Shown: positions 1 to 8,872, counted from the first letter of the stretch. The stretch: 64,000 bases of DNA from Verrucomicrobiia bacterium (GCA_035489575.1 DATHJY010000004.1:27483-91482), one strand, 5' to 3'. A program made the numbers and translations. The notes: generated by a model not told the origin, from the letters alone.

Positions 1-124
1 TAGCCAGTCCTGCTTTGGTCAGCTTGCCGACAATGCCATTATGCCGAAAAGCTTCTGGCCCACTATCTACCCCTAAGTTCTCGGCCCCTAGGTCTAAAGG
101 GATGCCTATAAGTGTCGTATCCAT
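1..124 (-). CDS. arginase/agmatinase (ureohydrolase) family protein, N-terminal fragment continuing off the window
   Basis: Reverse-strand ATG at 124-122. Translation MDTTLIGIPLDLGAENLGVDSGPEAFRHNGIVGKLTKAGLA fits the IG[IV]P.DLG...GV..GP..R N-terminal signature of the arginase family. Confidence 0.55.
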   Translation of the reverse strand, partial: MDTTLIGIPLDLGAENLGVDSGPEAFRHNGIVGKLTKAGLA

Positions 125-155
125 GGGGTGATTATAGCAAAGCCAGAGGAGGCTT

Positions 156-596
156 ATGCTTGCAAAAAATCAACCAATATGCTACAATAGTATTGTTATG
201 TCACAAACAGAAACATTAGGACACGAAGAATCCGGAGCTGGCTCATACGCTTTTGACCATGCTGCTGGCCTGGTAGACCCTGGTCAAGAAACCGATGATA
301 TACACGAAGGCAGTGCGAGCTTCCATAATACAAACCTGCACGATCAGCCCGAGGGATTTGACGAAGGAACGGGTCAGACCCGAACGGATACTATAGAAGA
401 GTGGCGGGCTGCTGGCACAGAGATCAAGGTAACTGCCGATAATACAGTATTGGTCAACGAAGCTAAGCTGGCCGAGGCGGCGCTTCTCCGCGCACAGCGA
501 CGTCTAGCTCGTCGGGCGAGCCAAGGTCAGCCGGTTGATCCAACCCAGCTGACAGACGCCGACGAGTGGATGGCAGCCAACGGCGAAAAGTGGTAA
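156..596 (+). CDS. hypothetical acidic protein
   Basis: ATG at 156 preceded by GAGGAGG (146-152). 146-aa strongly acidic product; no family recognised. Confidence 0.5.
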   Translation: MLAKNQPICYNSIVMSQTETLGHEESGAGSYAFDHAAGLVDPGQETDDIHEGSASFHNTNLHDQPEGFDEGTGQTRTDTIEEWRAAGTEIKVTADNTVLVNEAKLAEAALLRAQRRLARRASQGQPVDPTQLTDADEWMAANGEKW

Positions 597-614
597 CCAT
601 GGTATAATATCTGC

Positions 615-950
615 GTGAGAAGTGGCGGAGAATTCCAGTATCAGGTAGATATCGACGGGCTCGCAGGAGAGCCTGTTTTTGACTCTGAGCAACGGACCGA
701 CGAAGACACCAGCACGCTGGGCCTCCACTACAACAACCTGTTTGACGAAGACGAAGACAGAGGTGGTGAACTGGCAGATCCAGCTACTGGCGAGCGGTAT
801 GACAACTCTACCTACGCAGAAACTGAGGGGTTGTCTGTAATTGCCGAAGACGACCTGCCAACGGATGAACAGCCAGATATTATCGATGCCTGGCTGGCCC
901 GGCACGATCATTCTGGATCGCAGCGACCACCAGAGGCAGAAGCAAGCTAA
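615..950 (+). CDS. hypothetical acidic protein
   Basis: 111-aa ORF with a non-ATG start, D/E-rich, same strand and directly after the previous acidic ORF. Start codon uncertain. Confidence 0.4.
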   Translation: MRSGGEFQYQVDIDGLAGEPVFDSEQRTDEDTSTLGLHYNNLFDEDEDRGGELADPATGERYDNSTYAETEGLSVIAEDDLPTDEQPDIIDAWLARHDHSGSQRPPEAEAS

Positions 951-1095
951 GGCATTGCTTTATTTTATAAAATAGTATATAATAATGTAGATTGACTTAC
1001 ATACTTAGGGTATTGCTACCCCTGTAGTCATCGTTCGTTGAGATTATGGATTTGTGTGAGCAGGGAGCGCCCCAGGTCTGAGGCGTTGGCTGTTC

Positions 1096-1728
1096 ATGCA
1101 AATCTTCAGAGACAGTACAGAGGAGGGCTACCTTCTAGTGACCAAGTACTCGGATAGGGCAATCGCCCAGCAGAGATACCGGACCAACCACTCGCGGCGC
1201 AACCTGCTGCGGGACTTCACGGACGGTGAAGGCGTCAGCGGTGGTTACCACGATCAGTGGGCATTCAGTGCCATCTGTCGGGCTGACGCGGATCGCGCTG
1301 CACTGCGGTACTACCTGACTACCTGGCATCACGATGTCACCACGGGCTTCGTCCCCGGTGATGAGCTGCTGCTGGTTTCGGGCTGTTTCGACCCTTACAA
1401 GAGTGGTCACGATCCGGATCCGGACCAGGCTGAGCTCGAGGCGCTTGCCGCCGAGGACCCCTGGAGTGATTGGTCCGACTGGTACGATGAGGACTTCGAC
1501 GATGGTTTCACCATCATCGACCCCTCCGACCAGCCAGTCAACGCCCTGGCCGACAGGTTCTGGGATGCCCACGAGCTGGGACTCGACATCGACGACCCGT
1601 TCTCCGACAAGGAGGACAGCGATGACGATGACGATCTCCTGATCGACCCCGACCGCCTGATCTGGCACCCGGACGACTTCCTGGAGGCGATCGGCTGGAC
1701 TTCGGATCATGTTCGTAGCTCCTTCTAG
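1096..1728 (+). CDS. hypothetical highly acidic protein on a high-GC islet
   Basis: 210-aa ORF. Local GC is clearly above the flanks (36/60 G+C hand-counted in 1381-1440). The C-terminal half is D/E/W-rich (DPWSDWSDWYDEDFDDGF, SDDDDDLLIDPD). The overlapping ORFs in other frames look like high-GC shadow ORFs. Confidence 0.5.
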   Translation: MQIFRDSTEEGYLLVTKYSDRAIAQQRYRTNHSRRNLLRDFTDGEGVSGGYHDQWAFSAICRADADRAALRYYLTTWHHDVTTGFVPGDELLLVSGCFDPYKSGHDPDPDQAELEALAAEDPWSDWSDWYDEDFDDGFTIIDPSDQPVNALADRFWDAHELGLDIDDPFSDKEDSDDDDDLLIDPDRLIWHPDDFLEAIGWTSDHVRSSF

Positions 1729-1742
1729 GAACTAGCTAGGAC

Positions 1743-1790
1743 CGGGCGGGGAATGTTTGTTGGCCCTTGGCTGACAGCAAACCCCGCCCG
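1743..1790 (+). terminator. GC-rich hairpin after the high-GC ORF (no U-tract)
   Basis: CGGGCGGGG (1743-1751) pairs with CCCCGCCCG (1782-1790). It lies 15 nt after the stop at 1728 and has no T-run, so intrinsic-terminator function is uncertain. Confidence 0.35.
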
Positions 1791-1983
1791 CTCCGCAACC
1801 CTCCAGTCTCTATAATCTCAACGCCTTATTCATGCATTTGCCACTAAGCCCGCACACTATTTATGAAGCTTTCGGGGCTTGACACCAATTTTGTGTTTCG
1901 GATACGATACTACTTGTCGGTTAGCACTCTCAACATGCAAGTGCTAACAACTCGATTGAAAAACCATAAAATGGAGGTAATTA

Positions 1984-2250
1984 ATGGCTGTTCATATCAA
2001 TCCTTTGGCGGATTACATCGTAGCCCAGGCAGAAGCAGCAGAAACCAAGACCGCCAGCGGTCTGTATATACCTGGCGGCGCCCAGGAAAAGCCTAAAGTG
2101 GCCAAGGTTGTGGCTGTGGGCAAGCAAGTGGCCCAGGTAAAAGTAGGTGATCGTATTATTTATAAAAGCTACAGCACCACAGATGTAAAGGTAGAATCCG
2201 AAGAATACATATTGGTCAAAGAAGAAGACGTACTAGCAACTGTTAAATAG
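1984..2250 (+). CDS. groES: co-chaperonin GroES
   Basis: 88-aa product with typical GroES length and sequence (LADYIVAQ...SGLYIP...GKV.AVG...V.VGD.I.Y). GGAGG lies upstream of the ATG and groEL follows immediately. Confidence 0.95.
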   Translation: MAVHINPLADYIVAQAEAAETKTASGLYIPGGAQEKPKVAKVVAVGKQVAQVKVGDRIIYKSYSTTDVKVESEEYILVKEEDVLATVK

Positions 2251-2261
2251 GGGAGACATAC

Positions 2262-3905
2262 ATGGCAAAGAAGGTATTTTATGACGAAGACGCCCGCAAG
2301 CGGGTGTTGGGCGGGGCGCAGATTTTATATAACGCCGTAAAGACCACTATGGGTCCAAAGGGACGCAATGTAGTGATCAGCAAGGGCTACGGCAGCCCTA
2401 CGGTCACACACGACGGTGTCACAGTGGCCAAGGGTGTGGACATTGCTGATGTCGACGACGAAACGCTGGGCTACAAGGTGGGTGCTGAACTGATCAAGCA
2501 AGCTGCTAACAAGATGAACGACGTAGCCGGTGACGGTACTACTACCGTGACCGTGTTGACCTATCACATCCTGAACGAAGCCAACAAGCTGATTGCTGCT
2601 GGCCACAACCCCATGTTGCTACGCAAGGGGCTAGAAGCTGCTGCTCAGGAAGTTATTGCCAAATTGGGTGGCATGGCTGAAGACATCAAGGCCAACAAAA
2701 AGCGTGTGGCCGAGGTGGCTACTATCTCTGCTGGCGATGCTCAGATTGGCGACTTGATTGCTGGTGTTATCGACAAAGTTGGTAAAGAAGGTGTGGTTAC
2801 TGTCGAAGAGGGCCAGGGCCTAGACCTAGAGAGCGAAGTAGTCGAAGGCTTTACTTTTGATAAAGGTTTTGTCAGTGCTTATATGGTGACTGATGCTACC
2901 CGCATGGAAGCCGTATCTGATAAACCCGCCGTGGTTATCACTGACAAAAAGATTACCTCTATCCAAGAGTTTCTCCCCTTGCTGGAAAAGCTGGCTGCGG
3001 CGGGCAAAAAAGAATTGGTCCTGATTGCCGAAGACGTCGAGGGCGAGGCCCTGGGTACTTTTGTACTGAACAAGCTGAAGGGCGTGTTCAATACCGTGGC
3101 TATCAAGGCACCTTCTTTTGGTGATCGCCGCAAAGACATATTGAATGATATTGCTATCCTGACCGGTGCCGAAGTAATTACTGAAGACCGGGGCATGACA
3201 TTCGAAAACGTCGAGCTAGACGTAGTGGGTTCGGCCCGCAAAGTGATTGTGACCAAGGACGAAACGACTATCATCGAAGGTGGTGGTTCGGTTGCTGAAG
3301 TAACTGCTCGGATCAAACAGATCGCCCAGCAAGCGGCTGCCGCAACCAGTGAGTACGACAAAGAGCACCTAGACAAGCGCCGGGCCGCTTTGTCTGGCAA
3401 GGTAGCTGTCATCAAAGTTGGTGGCGCTACCGAGACCGAGATAGAAGAAAAGAAATTCCGCGTAGACGACGCTGTTGCCGCCGTGAAAGCTGCTATGGAT
3501 GAAGGCATTGTGCCCGGTGGTGGTGTAACGCTGGTTAACCTGACCACGGCTGTCACGATTACTGGCGACGATGAATCTGTCAAAGCGGGCAAGGAACTGC
3601 TGAAGCGGGCTCTCGAGCAACCCTTTAGGATTCTGCTGAGTAACTCTGGCCTGAACGCCGATGAGTGGCTGCCGCAGGTCAAGGCTGCCAAGGCCGGCCA
3701 GGGTGTGAACGTTAATAGCCCCACCAAGTTGGTTGACCTAAAGGCTGCTGGCATCGTAGACCCAGCCCGGGTAACCAAAGAGGCTGTGTTGAACGCTGTA
3801 TCTATTGCTGGCACCAGCATGACTATGGGTGCGTTGGTAGTGGATGTGCCCGAAAAAGAGACTCCTGATGCTGGTGGTGGGATGCCTGGGATGATGGGAA
3901 TGTAA
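2262..3905 (+). CDS. groEL: chaperonin GroEL
   Basis: 547-aa product starting MAKKVFYDEDAR, with the AGDGTTTVTVL motif and a GGM-type C-terminal tail (GGGMPGMMGM). Confidence 0.98.
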   Translation: MAKKVFYDEDARKRVLGGAQILYNAVKTTMGPKGRNVVISKGYGSPTVTHDGVTVAKGVDIADVDDETLGYKVGAELIKQAANKMNDVAGDGTTTVTVLTYHILNEANKLIAAGHNPMLLRKGLEAAAQEVIAKLGGMAEDIKANKKRVAEVATISAGDAQIGDLIAGVIDKVGKEGVVTVEEGQGLDLESEVVEGFTFDKGFVSAYMVTDATRMEAVSDKPAVVITDKKITSIQEFLPLLEKLAAAGKKELVLIAEDVEGEALGTFVLNKLKGVFNTVAIKAPSFGDRRKDILNDIAILTGAEVITEDRGMTFENVELDVVGSARKVIVTKDETTIIEGGGSVAEVTARIKQIAQQAAAATSEYDKEHLDKRRAALSGKVAVIKVGGATETEIEEKKFRVDDAVAAVKAAMDEGIVPGGGVTLVNLTTAVTITGDDESVKAGKELLKRALEQPFRILLSNSGLNADEWLPQVKAAKAGQGVNVNSPTKLVDLKAAGIVDPARVTKEAVLNAVSIAGTSMTMGALVVDVPEKETPDAGGGMPGMMGM

Positions 3906-3988
3906 GGTAATGAGAGACCCCGGGCGGGTCTCTCGTCGCGCGGGAAAATGTGCTCCATTTTCTCCGGCTGCTCTTCCTGGAAGCTGTC

Positions 3989-4027
3989 AAAATATCCTCG
4001 AAGTAAATTCGAGGATATTTTGTTTTT
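3989..4027 (+). terminator. rho-independent terminator of groES-groEL
   Basis: Perfect 14-bp stem AAAATATCCTCGAA (3989-4002) / TTCGAGGATATTTT (4008-4021), loop GTAAA, followed by a T-run. An additional 9-bp GC hairpin sits at 3912-3934, directly after the stop. Confidence 0.8.
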
Positions 4028-4127
4028 ATTTAACTAGCTGCAGGATGGGGGTTGTGTATTTTTATTTAATTGGCTGGGGGATAGTGGTTGTGGTTGCCTA
4101 ATTTTTTCGGGGTGGCATACTTGGCGT

Positions 4128-4937
4128 ATGGCAGAATTTCTGACTTATAGACATGAAATGGCGGTGGCGACAGAGATTGCTCGTGAAGCAGGGGTGATCA
4201 TGCTCCAGTATTTTGATGGAGATCAAGAAGAAACCGCCAAGGCTGACGGCAGCGCGTTGACCATTGCCGACACAACTATTAACAAAGTCGCTCTTGAAAG
4301 GCTTGGCGAGGCTTTTCCCAACGACGGTGTTATTGGCGAAGAGGCCAGCTCTGTGGATACCAGCCAGTCTCGGCGGTGGTACTGCGATCCTATAGATGGC
4401 ACCAAGGGCTATACGTGGGGGTTGCCATTGCCTATGTTTTCGCTGGGGCTAGCCGAAGAGGGACAACCTGTCATGGGTGTTGCCTACGATCCTTTCTTTG
4501 GAGAGCAGGGCAGACTGTATACGGGCATACCTGGCGAGGGAAGTTTTTGCAACGACAAGCTTCTGCGGGTTTCGCCGGCCGGCCTGCATATGGGGAGGGT
4601 GGCGGTCACTAGTTCTGTGCAGCGCTTAGCAGAGAGGACGCCCAAGCATGTGACTACCTTATTAGAGCACGGCGCCCGGGTTGCTAGTTTTCCTGCCGGT
4701 GTGGTCCAGAAGGCGTGCCTGGTAGCCAACGGCAGAATGGTTGGCTGCATACAGGAATTTGCGAGTCCTCATGACATAGCAGCAGTCCGGATTATTGTGG
4801 AAGAAGCAGGTGGTCGCATGACTGACTGGAACGGCGACGAGCCCAGCCTGAAGGGGCCGATGAAAGGGGTGATCATATCTAACGGCGTCATACACGATGA
4901 GTTGGTGGATATGACTGATGTACTAGAGGCGGCTTAG
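4128..4937 (+). CDS. inositol monophosphatase family protein
   Basis: 269 aa with the IMPase motifs GEE (VIGEEAS) and W.xDPIDGT (WYCDPIDGTKGY). Confidence 0.8.
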   Translation: MAEFLTYRHEMAVATEIAREAGVIMLQYFDGDQEETAKADGSALTIADTTINKVALERLGEAFPNDGVIGEEASSVDTSQSRRWYCDPIDGTKGYTWGLPLPMFSLGLAEEGQPVMGVAYDPFFGEQGRLYTGIPGEGSFCNDKLLRVSPAGLHMGRVAVTSSVQRLAERTPKHVTTLLEHGARVASFPAGVVQKACLVANGRMVGCIQEFASPHDIAAVRIIVEEAGGRMTDWNGDEPSLKGPMKGVIISNGVIHDELVDMTDVLEAA

Positions 4938-4952
4938 GACTTGAACAGGCTC

Positions 4953-5921
4953 TTAGGCGGCGACTTCGGAACTGGTGAGAGACTTGATGTTCTTGGCGTC
5001 GGCCAGGTCTCTGCTGTTAGTAAAGAAGATGATGGCCCACCGTGCGATATTGCCGCCGTGTAGTTCGCGGCCTTCACAGGCGGTGTCTACATTTATGACG
5101 TCATGCCACAAGGGTTGCAGTTCGGAGTCTGGCGAAGCTTGTCGCCATTTGAGAGAAGGAAATGCAATCCCCATACGGGGGTCACGCTCGACCATAATCA
5201 TCTCGCCGGTCTGGGGGTCTCTGGTACGGAGACCCAAGTGACTTTCGGCTAGCTGCAGTGTTCCCAGGCCTCGATCATAGTGGCCATCGGCCAACACGTC
5301 TCCCTGGCCTTTGTGGTAGAACACACCTCTCACAGGGCTATGATCCAGATCTGCTGGTGCGGTGAAATCAGATAGGTGTGGGTGAGTGAGCTCCAATGCT
5401 CGATAAAATCCCGTGATGGCTTGCTTGGCGGCGTAGTGGAGGGTTTGGGCGCGCATAAGGAGTACCAATAGCTCGGGTGGCATTGGGCCCCAGCCGAATT
5501 CTGCGTGACGTGCCTCAAGCGCGTCGCGCATACCCGGAGAATAATGAAAAAACTCCTTGGGGTCGTCTGCTATGTCGAGTCCTCGTACTTTGCTGAGGGC
5601 GTCGACCTGTATGGTGCGATTGGTGTAGCCATTGGGCTTACCGGGGTGTGGTACATTGCTGCGGTACTTATGCCACTGGGCTGCCTTGTCGGCGCGCGGG
5701 TCTAGGCGGTCAAGATTCTTGGGGTCTAGAACCATAGCGTTCATGGCCTCTGGCTCGGGGTCGGGTAGCTGGTCAGTAAAAATACCATAGGCCTCTGCAT
5801 ACGCATCTATGGCTTCCGGTGGCACATGGTGCGGGACAAGGGCATAGCCTTGGCTGAGTGTTTCGGCGTGCAGGTCTGCGCCACTTTCTCCACCCCATAG
5901 TGTGTACTGCGCACTTGTCAT
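4953..5921 (-). CDS. 2OG-Fe(II) oxygenase-like protein (tentative)
   Basis: Start moved to the ATG at 5921, which follows AAGGAGGG. A candidate HxD...H triad and distal Arg are visible (ADGHYDRGLGTLQL, LWHDVINV, ARWAIIFF), laid out as in isopenicillin-N-synthase-type dioxygenases. Confidence 0.45.
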   Translation of the reverse strand: MTSAQYTLWGGESGADLHAETLSQGYALVPHHVPPEAIDAYAEAYGIFTDQLPDPEPEAMNAMVLDPKNLDRLDPRADKAAQWHKYRSNVPHPGKPNGYTNRTIQVDALSKVRGLDIADDPKEFFHYSPGMRDALEARHAEFGWGPMPPELLVLLMRAQTLHYAAKQAITGFYRALELTHPHLSDFTAPADLDHSPVRGVFYHKGQGDVLADGHYDRGLGTLQLAESHLGLRTRDPQTGEMIMVERDPRMGIAFPSLKWRQASPDSELQPLWHDVINVDTACEGRELHGGNIARWAIIFFTNSRDLADAKNIKSLTSSEVAA

Positions 5922-6121
5922 ACTGGTGCCCTCCTTAGCTAGAGCCAGTATAACAAGTCGGTCACATGACGAAAAAGAGACCTCTTGCTTTTGAATAACC
6001 ACGAAGTGGCGCAAGGGTCTCTGTGGGGGTGTCTAGACGAGGCAATGAAGCCTACTACTCTGGTTCAAACCAGATTGGCGGAGCCTAGACGGCGTACTGT
6101 GTGCGGGTTGAGATGGTTGAC

Positions 6122-6397
6122 CTAGAGCGTAAGGCCTATGATCAGCATGACGGCAGCGAACCCAAAGCAGAAGGCGGCGAATACCAGCAGGACTTCATCG
6201 ACCTCCTCTTCGGCGGAGTCGTCTTTGCAGTCCTCGGAGGACGACTCGGAGTCGGACGATTCTTGCTGTTCGTTGGACGACGACTGCGGGGTGGGCTGGC
6301 CGTCAGCGGCCACAGGCGTGCTGGTTAGACAGAGCACGAAGACCGTGCCCAAGATGGCGAGAAGAATTCTCCTCACGTCGGTTACCTCCAGGTGCAT
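6122..6397 (-). CDS. small exported acidic Ser-rich protein with C-terminal membrane anchor (high-GC islet)
   Basis: N-terminal hydrophobic signal-like segment (RRILLAILGTVFVLCLTSTPVAA), an acidic S/E/D-rich middle and a C-terminal hydrophobic stretch (LLVFAAFCFGFAAVMLIIGLTL). The alternative GTG start at 6376 has GGAGG 8 nt upstream. Confidence 0.45.
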   Translation of the reverse strand: MHLEVTDVRRILLAILGTVFVLCLTSTPVAADGQPTPQSSSNEQQESSDSESSSEDCKDDSAEEEVDEVLLVFAAFCFGFAAVMLIIGLTL

Positions 6398-6440
6398 CCA
6401 CGGGTTTCGCCGCGGCGATTGCTTACACGAGTAGCGTAAA

Positions 6441-6469
6441 TTTTATACTATTTTTTATTCACTAGGTCA
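6441..6469 (-). promoter_or_regulatory. sigma70-type promoter for the 6122-6397 gene
   Basis: On the reverse strand: TTGACC (6469-6464), 17 nt, TATAAA (6446-6441), in an AT-rich spacer upstream of a GC-rich gene. Confidence 0.45.
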
Positions 6470-6527
6470 ATATCTGTAACGGTGGTGGCAGCTGGACTCG
6501 TCTGGCTTGGGTCTTTACACTAAGGGC

Positions 6528-6959
6528 ATGTCAGAGTGGGAACCCAGGCGGACAATTGCGTTTAGTGTTGAGTTCGAAGACAACACCACATTTGAACTGC
6601 CGACGGACTGGCAAGATGTTTTTGTGGACGAATATGGATTCAATCAACGGCGATACCCTGAAGTGGCAGACGAGCTCCGCGTGGTTACGGGAAAATACTA
6701 TGAACACAGGGCCTGGCCCAGTAAGTTTGACGGGCAACATGGCCGTGACTATGACGCCGACAATTTTTACACCCACAGGTGGGACGACGAGGCTTCGTAT
6801 GATTCTCGGAACCCTCCAGGCATGGCCGAGATTGCTCGGGCGGTTATGTACCTGGACCTCAGGGCATTACTAATGCAAAAGAACCTACAAGAGCTCGGTT
6901 CTCATGGGCTGGTGATGACTGTCGGACAGCTCACGGCGGAACTAGAAGAAGACGGCTAG
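6528..6959 (+). CDS. hypothetical protein
   Basis: ORF 6507-6959, with the ATG at 6528 (MSEWEPRR) preferred. No family recognised. Confidence 0.45.
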   Translation: MSEWEPRRTIAFSVEFEDNTTFELPTDWQDVFVDEYGFNQRRYPEVADELRVVTGKYYEHRAWPSKFDGQHGRDYDADNFYTHRWDDEASYDSRNPPGMAEIARAVMYLDLRALLMQKNLQELGSHGLVMTVGQLTAELEEDG

Positions 6960-7068
6960 AAAAGGCCGGCTGTAATCAAAATCCTTTGTAAGATGTAATT
7001 ATATTAGATAGAATATTGCCAAATGGGCCAGTTTGTACTATCGTACAAGATAAGTATTGGAGTTACCT

Positions 7069-7647
7069 ATGGCGGTTTTTAGGCGTCGAAATAATCAGAC
7101 TAATGTTCCTGCCGAGATTCAGGAGTACTACCAGACCGAACGTCGCGAACGTGCCGGTGTGGCATGGCTGCTGGCTTTGGGTACGCTTCTGGTCACTGTT
7201 CTACTGGCAGTAGGTCTGTTCTTTGGTAGCCGCTGGGTGTACCGCAAGGTTGCCAAAAACGACAAGCCCAACACCTCTGAATCTGCAGATCAAGAGAAAC
7301 AAGAACAGCAGCCAGTGGCCAATAACTCCCAGGCAGAAGCCGATCGTAAAAAGGCCGAAGAAGAAAAGAAGAAACAAGAAGAGGCCATGAAACAGGCTGA
7401 CGCCAAAGCTGCCGAGGAAAAGAAAAAGAAAGACGAAGAAGCTAAGAAACAAGCCGAAGCTCAGCGCCAGCAAACCCCAGCTGCTGCTCCAGCCCCATCG
7501 CCGCAACAGGTGGCCGGCACTCAGACTCGCAGTAACATACCCAACACCGGTGCCGAAGATACACTGGCCATATTCATGATACTGGTCATTGCTGGATACT
7601 TGATCCATCGCATTTTGATCAACGCCTCATCTGACAAGCGTCGCTAA
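7069..7647 (+). CDS. K/E-rich surface protein with LPXTG-like (IPNTG) sorting signal
   Basis: N-terminal TM/signal anchor and a charged low-complexity region (KKAEEEKKKQEEAMKQADAKAAEEKKKKDEEAKKQAEAQRQ). The C-terminus has IPNTG, then a hydrophobic stretch, then a basic tail (SDKRR), the architecture of sortase substrates. Confidence 0.6.
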   Translation: MAVFRRRNNQTNVPAEIQEYYQTERRERAGVAWLLALGTLLVTVLLAVGLFFGSRWVYRKVAKNDKPNTSESADQEKQEQQPVANNSQAEADRKKAEEEKKKQEEAMKQADAKAAEEKKKKDEEAKKQAEAQRQQTPAAAPAPSPQQVAGTQTRSNIPNTGAEDTLAIFMILVIAGYLIHRILINASSDKRR

Positions 7648-7846
7648 GAACAATAGCGACATTAGCCCCCAACAGAGAACCTCTTGCGGGGTCTGTTATA
7701 CTTATATACAAGTAGAAGAGAGTACCTTATCTTGCCGGGAGCGAAACTAACAGGGCAGCGGTCGATTGCTCGAAAGTGAACAAAAAGCGAAAACTTCCCA
7801 TATAAAACCCACAATTATTTTAAAGGGGTATAAGGAGGTGGAAACT

Positions 7847-8233
7847 ATGGTCTCATTAACGAAACAAGACCTGCAGAATGCCCTGGATGTCGCTCGCAAC
7901 CGTTTGCTCGAGCGAGTAGCCACCCGCCAGGACGTGAATTCTCTGAGGGAAACTATAAAAGTGCTGACCGTGACTCTGCAGCAGAGTCAGCAATTGCTCC
8001 GGCAAGAAGAATACCAACGAGTACAACTAGTGCGCCGAGCAGTCGCCATGGAATCTCGGATGGTTGGACTCGAAAATGAGTTGCGCCAAGTGAGGACATC
8101 GATGGTACAGCTGGCACACGCTCAGCCGGTAGAACGTATGACCGAACGAGTTATACTACAGCAAGTACAGGCCGACCCAGAGCATCGGCAAACACCCGAA
8201 CAGCGTTACTACAATCCTTCACCGGTGACATAA
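7847..8233 (+). CDS. hypothetical coiled-coil protein
   Basis: The ATG at 7847 is preceded by AAGGAGGTGG. The upstream part of ORF 7766-8233 lacks an RBS. Confidence 0.5.
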   Translation: MVSLTKQDLQNALDVARNRLLERVATRQDVNSLRETIKVLTVTLQQSQQLLRQEEYQRVQLVRRAVAMESRMVGLENELRQVRTSMVQLAHAQPVERMTERVILQQVQADPEHRQTPEQRYYNPSPVT

Positions 8234-8253
8234 GAAGGATAGCGCTCGCAAAG

Positions 8254-8287
8254 AAAAAAACCTGGCCATTTCGGCCAGGTTTTTTTC
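8254..8287. terminator. bidirectional rho-independent terminator between convergent genes
   Basis: Stem CCTGGCC (8261-8267) / GGCCAGG (8273-8279), flanked by an A-run upstream (8254-8260) and a T-run downstream (8280-8287). Confidence 0.75.
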
Positions 8288-8291
8288 TTTT

Positions 8292-8801
8292 CTAAGATTC
8301 TTTTTGGTCTTGCTGGGTGAAATAGTTTATTTCGTTGACGACGTCTAGCAGGGCTTGGGCGCGGACTTTGTCGTCGGTGATAGCTTGGGCGGCTTCGTAG
8401 GCGTCTTTGATCTTGGTGTGATCGTCGGTGGCTTGGATCATCATCATGGTCGTGCGGAACTTTTCTTCTGGAGTTTGGTCTAGGTGACCTACCAGGGGAG
8501 ATAGTTGGTGTAGGGCTTCTTGTTTGAGGCCCAACAAATCATCTGGGGCAGCAGCGGGAGCGGCGGCTGGCGATGCGGGTGCCACGGCTGGGGCCGAGCT
8601 GCTGTCTACGGTTGCAGATGCAGTGGGGTCACTTGGGGCAACCGTAGGGAGGCCTATATTAGGCTCTTGAGCTGGAGCGGCTGTAGCAGCATCTTGCTGC
8701 AGCTCCGTTATGGTAGCCGGGGCAACTGCCTGGCTGGGGTCTGGACTATACGTCTGATCTTGTTGTTGATTGTTGTCGTTATTGTGTCCGAACATTCCCA
8801 C
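8292..8801 (-). CDS. hypothetical protein (A/P-rich N-terminal half, helical C-terminal domain)
   Basis: 169-aa ORF; no family recognised. Confidence 0.5.
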   Translation of the reverse strand: MGMFGHNNDNNQQQDQTYSPDPSQAVAPATITELQQDAATAAPAQEPNIGLPTVAPSDPTASATVDSSSAPAVAPASPAAAPAAAPDDLLGLKQEALHQLSPLVGHLDQTPEEKFRTTMMMIQATDDHTKIKDAYEAAQAITDDKVRAQALLDVVNEINYFTQQDQKES

Positions 8802-8872
8802 CTCTAAAAATTACACTGCTATGTCTATAATGATGGTAGTATATACCATAACCAGAAAGAGAGGGAAGGGGA

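Noticed and set aside
2879-3958. 359-aa ORF antisense to groEL (and smaller ORFs at 2325-2606 and 3369-3620)
   Set aside because: It lies entirely inside the unambiguous groEL frame. The product is S/A/T/P-rich low complexity, with no RBS. This is a typical shadow ORF.
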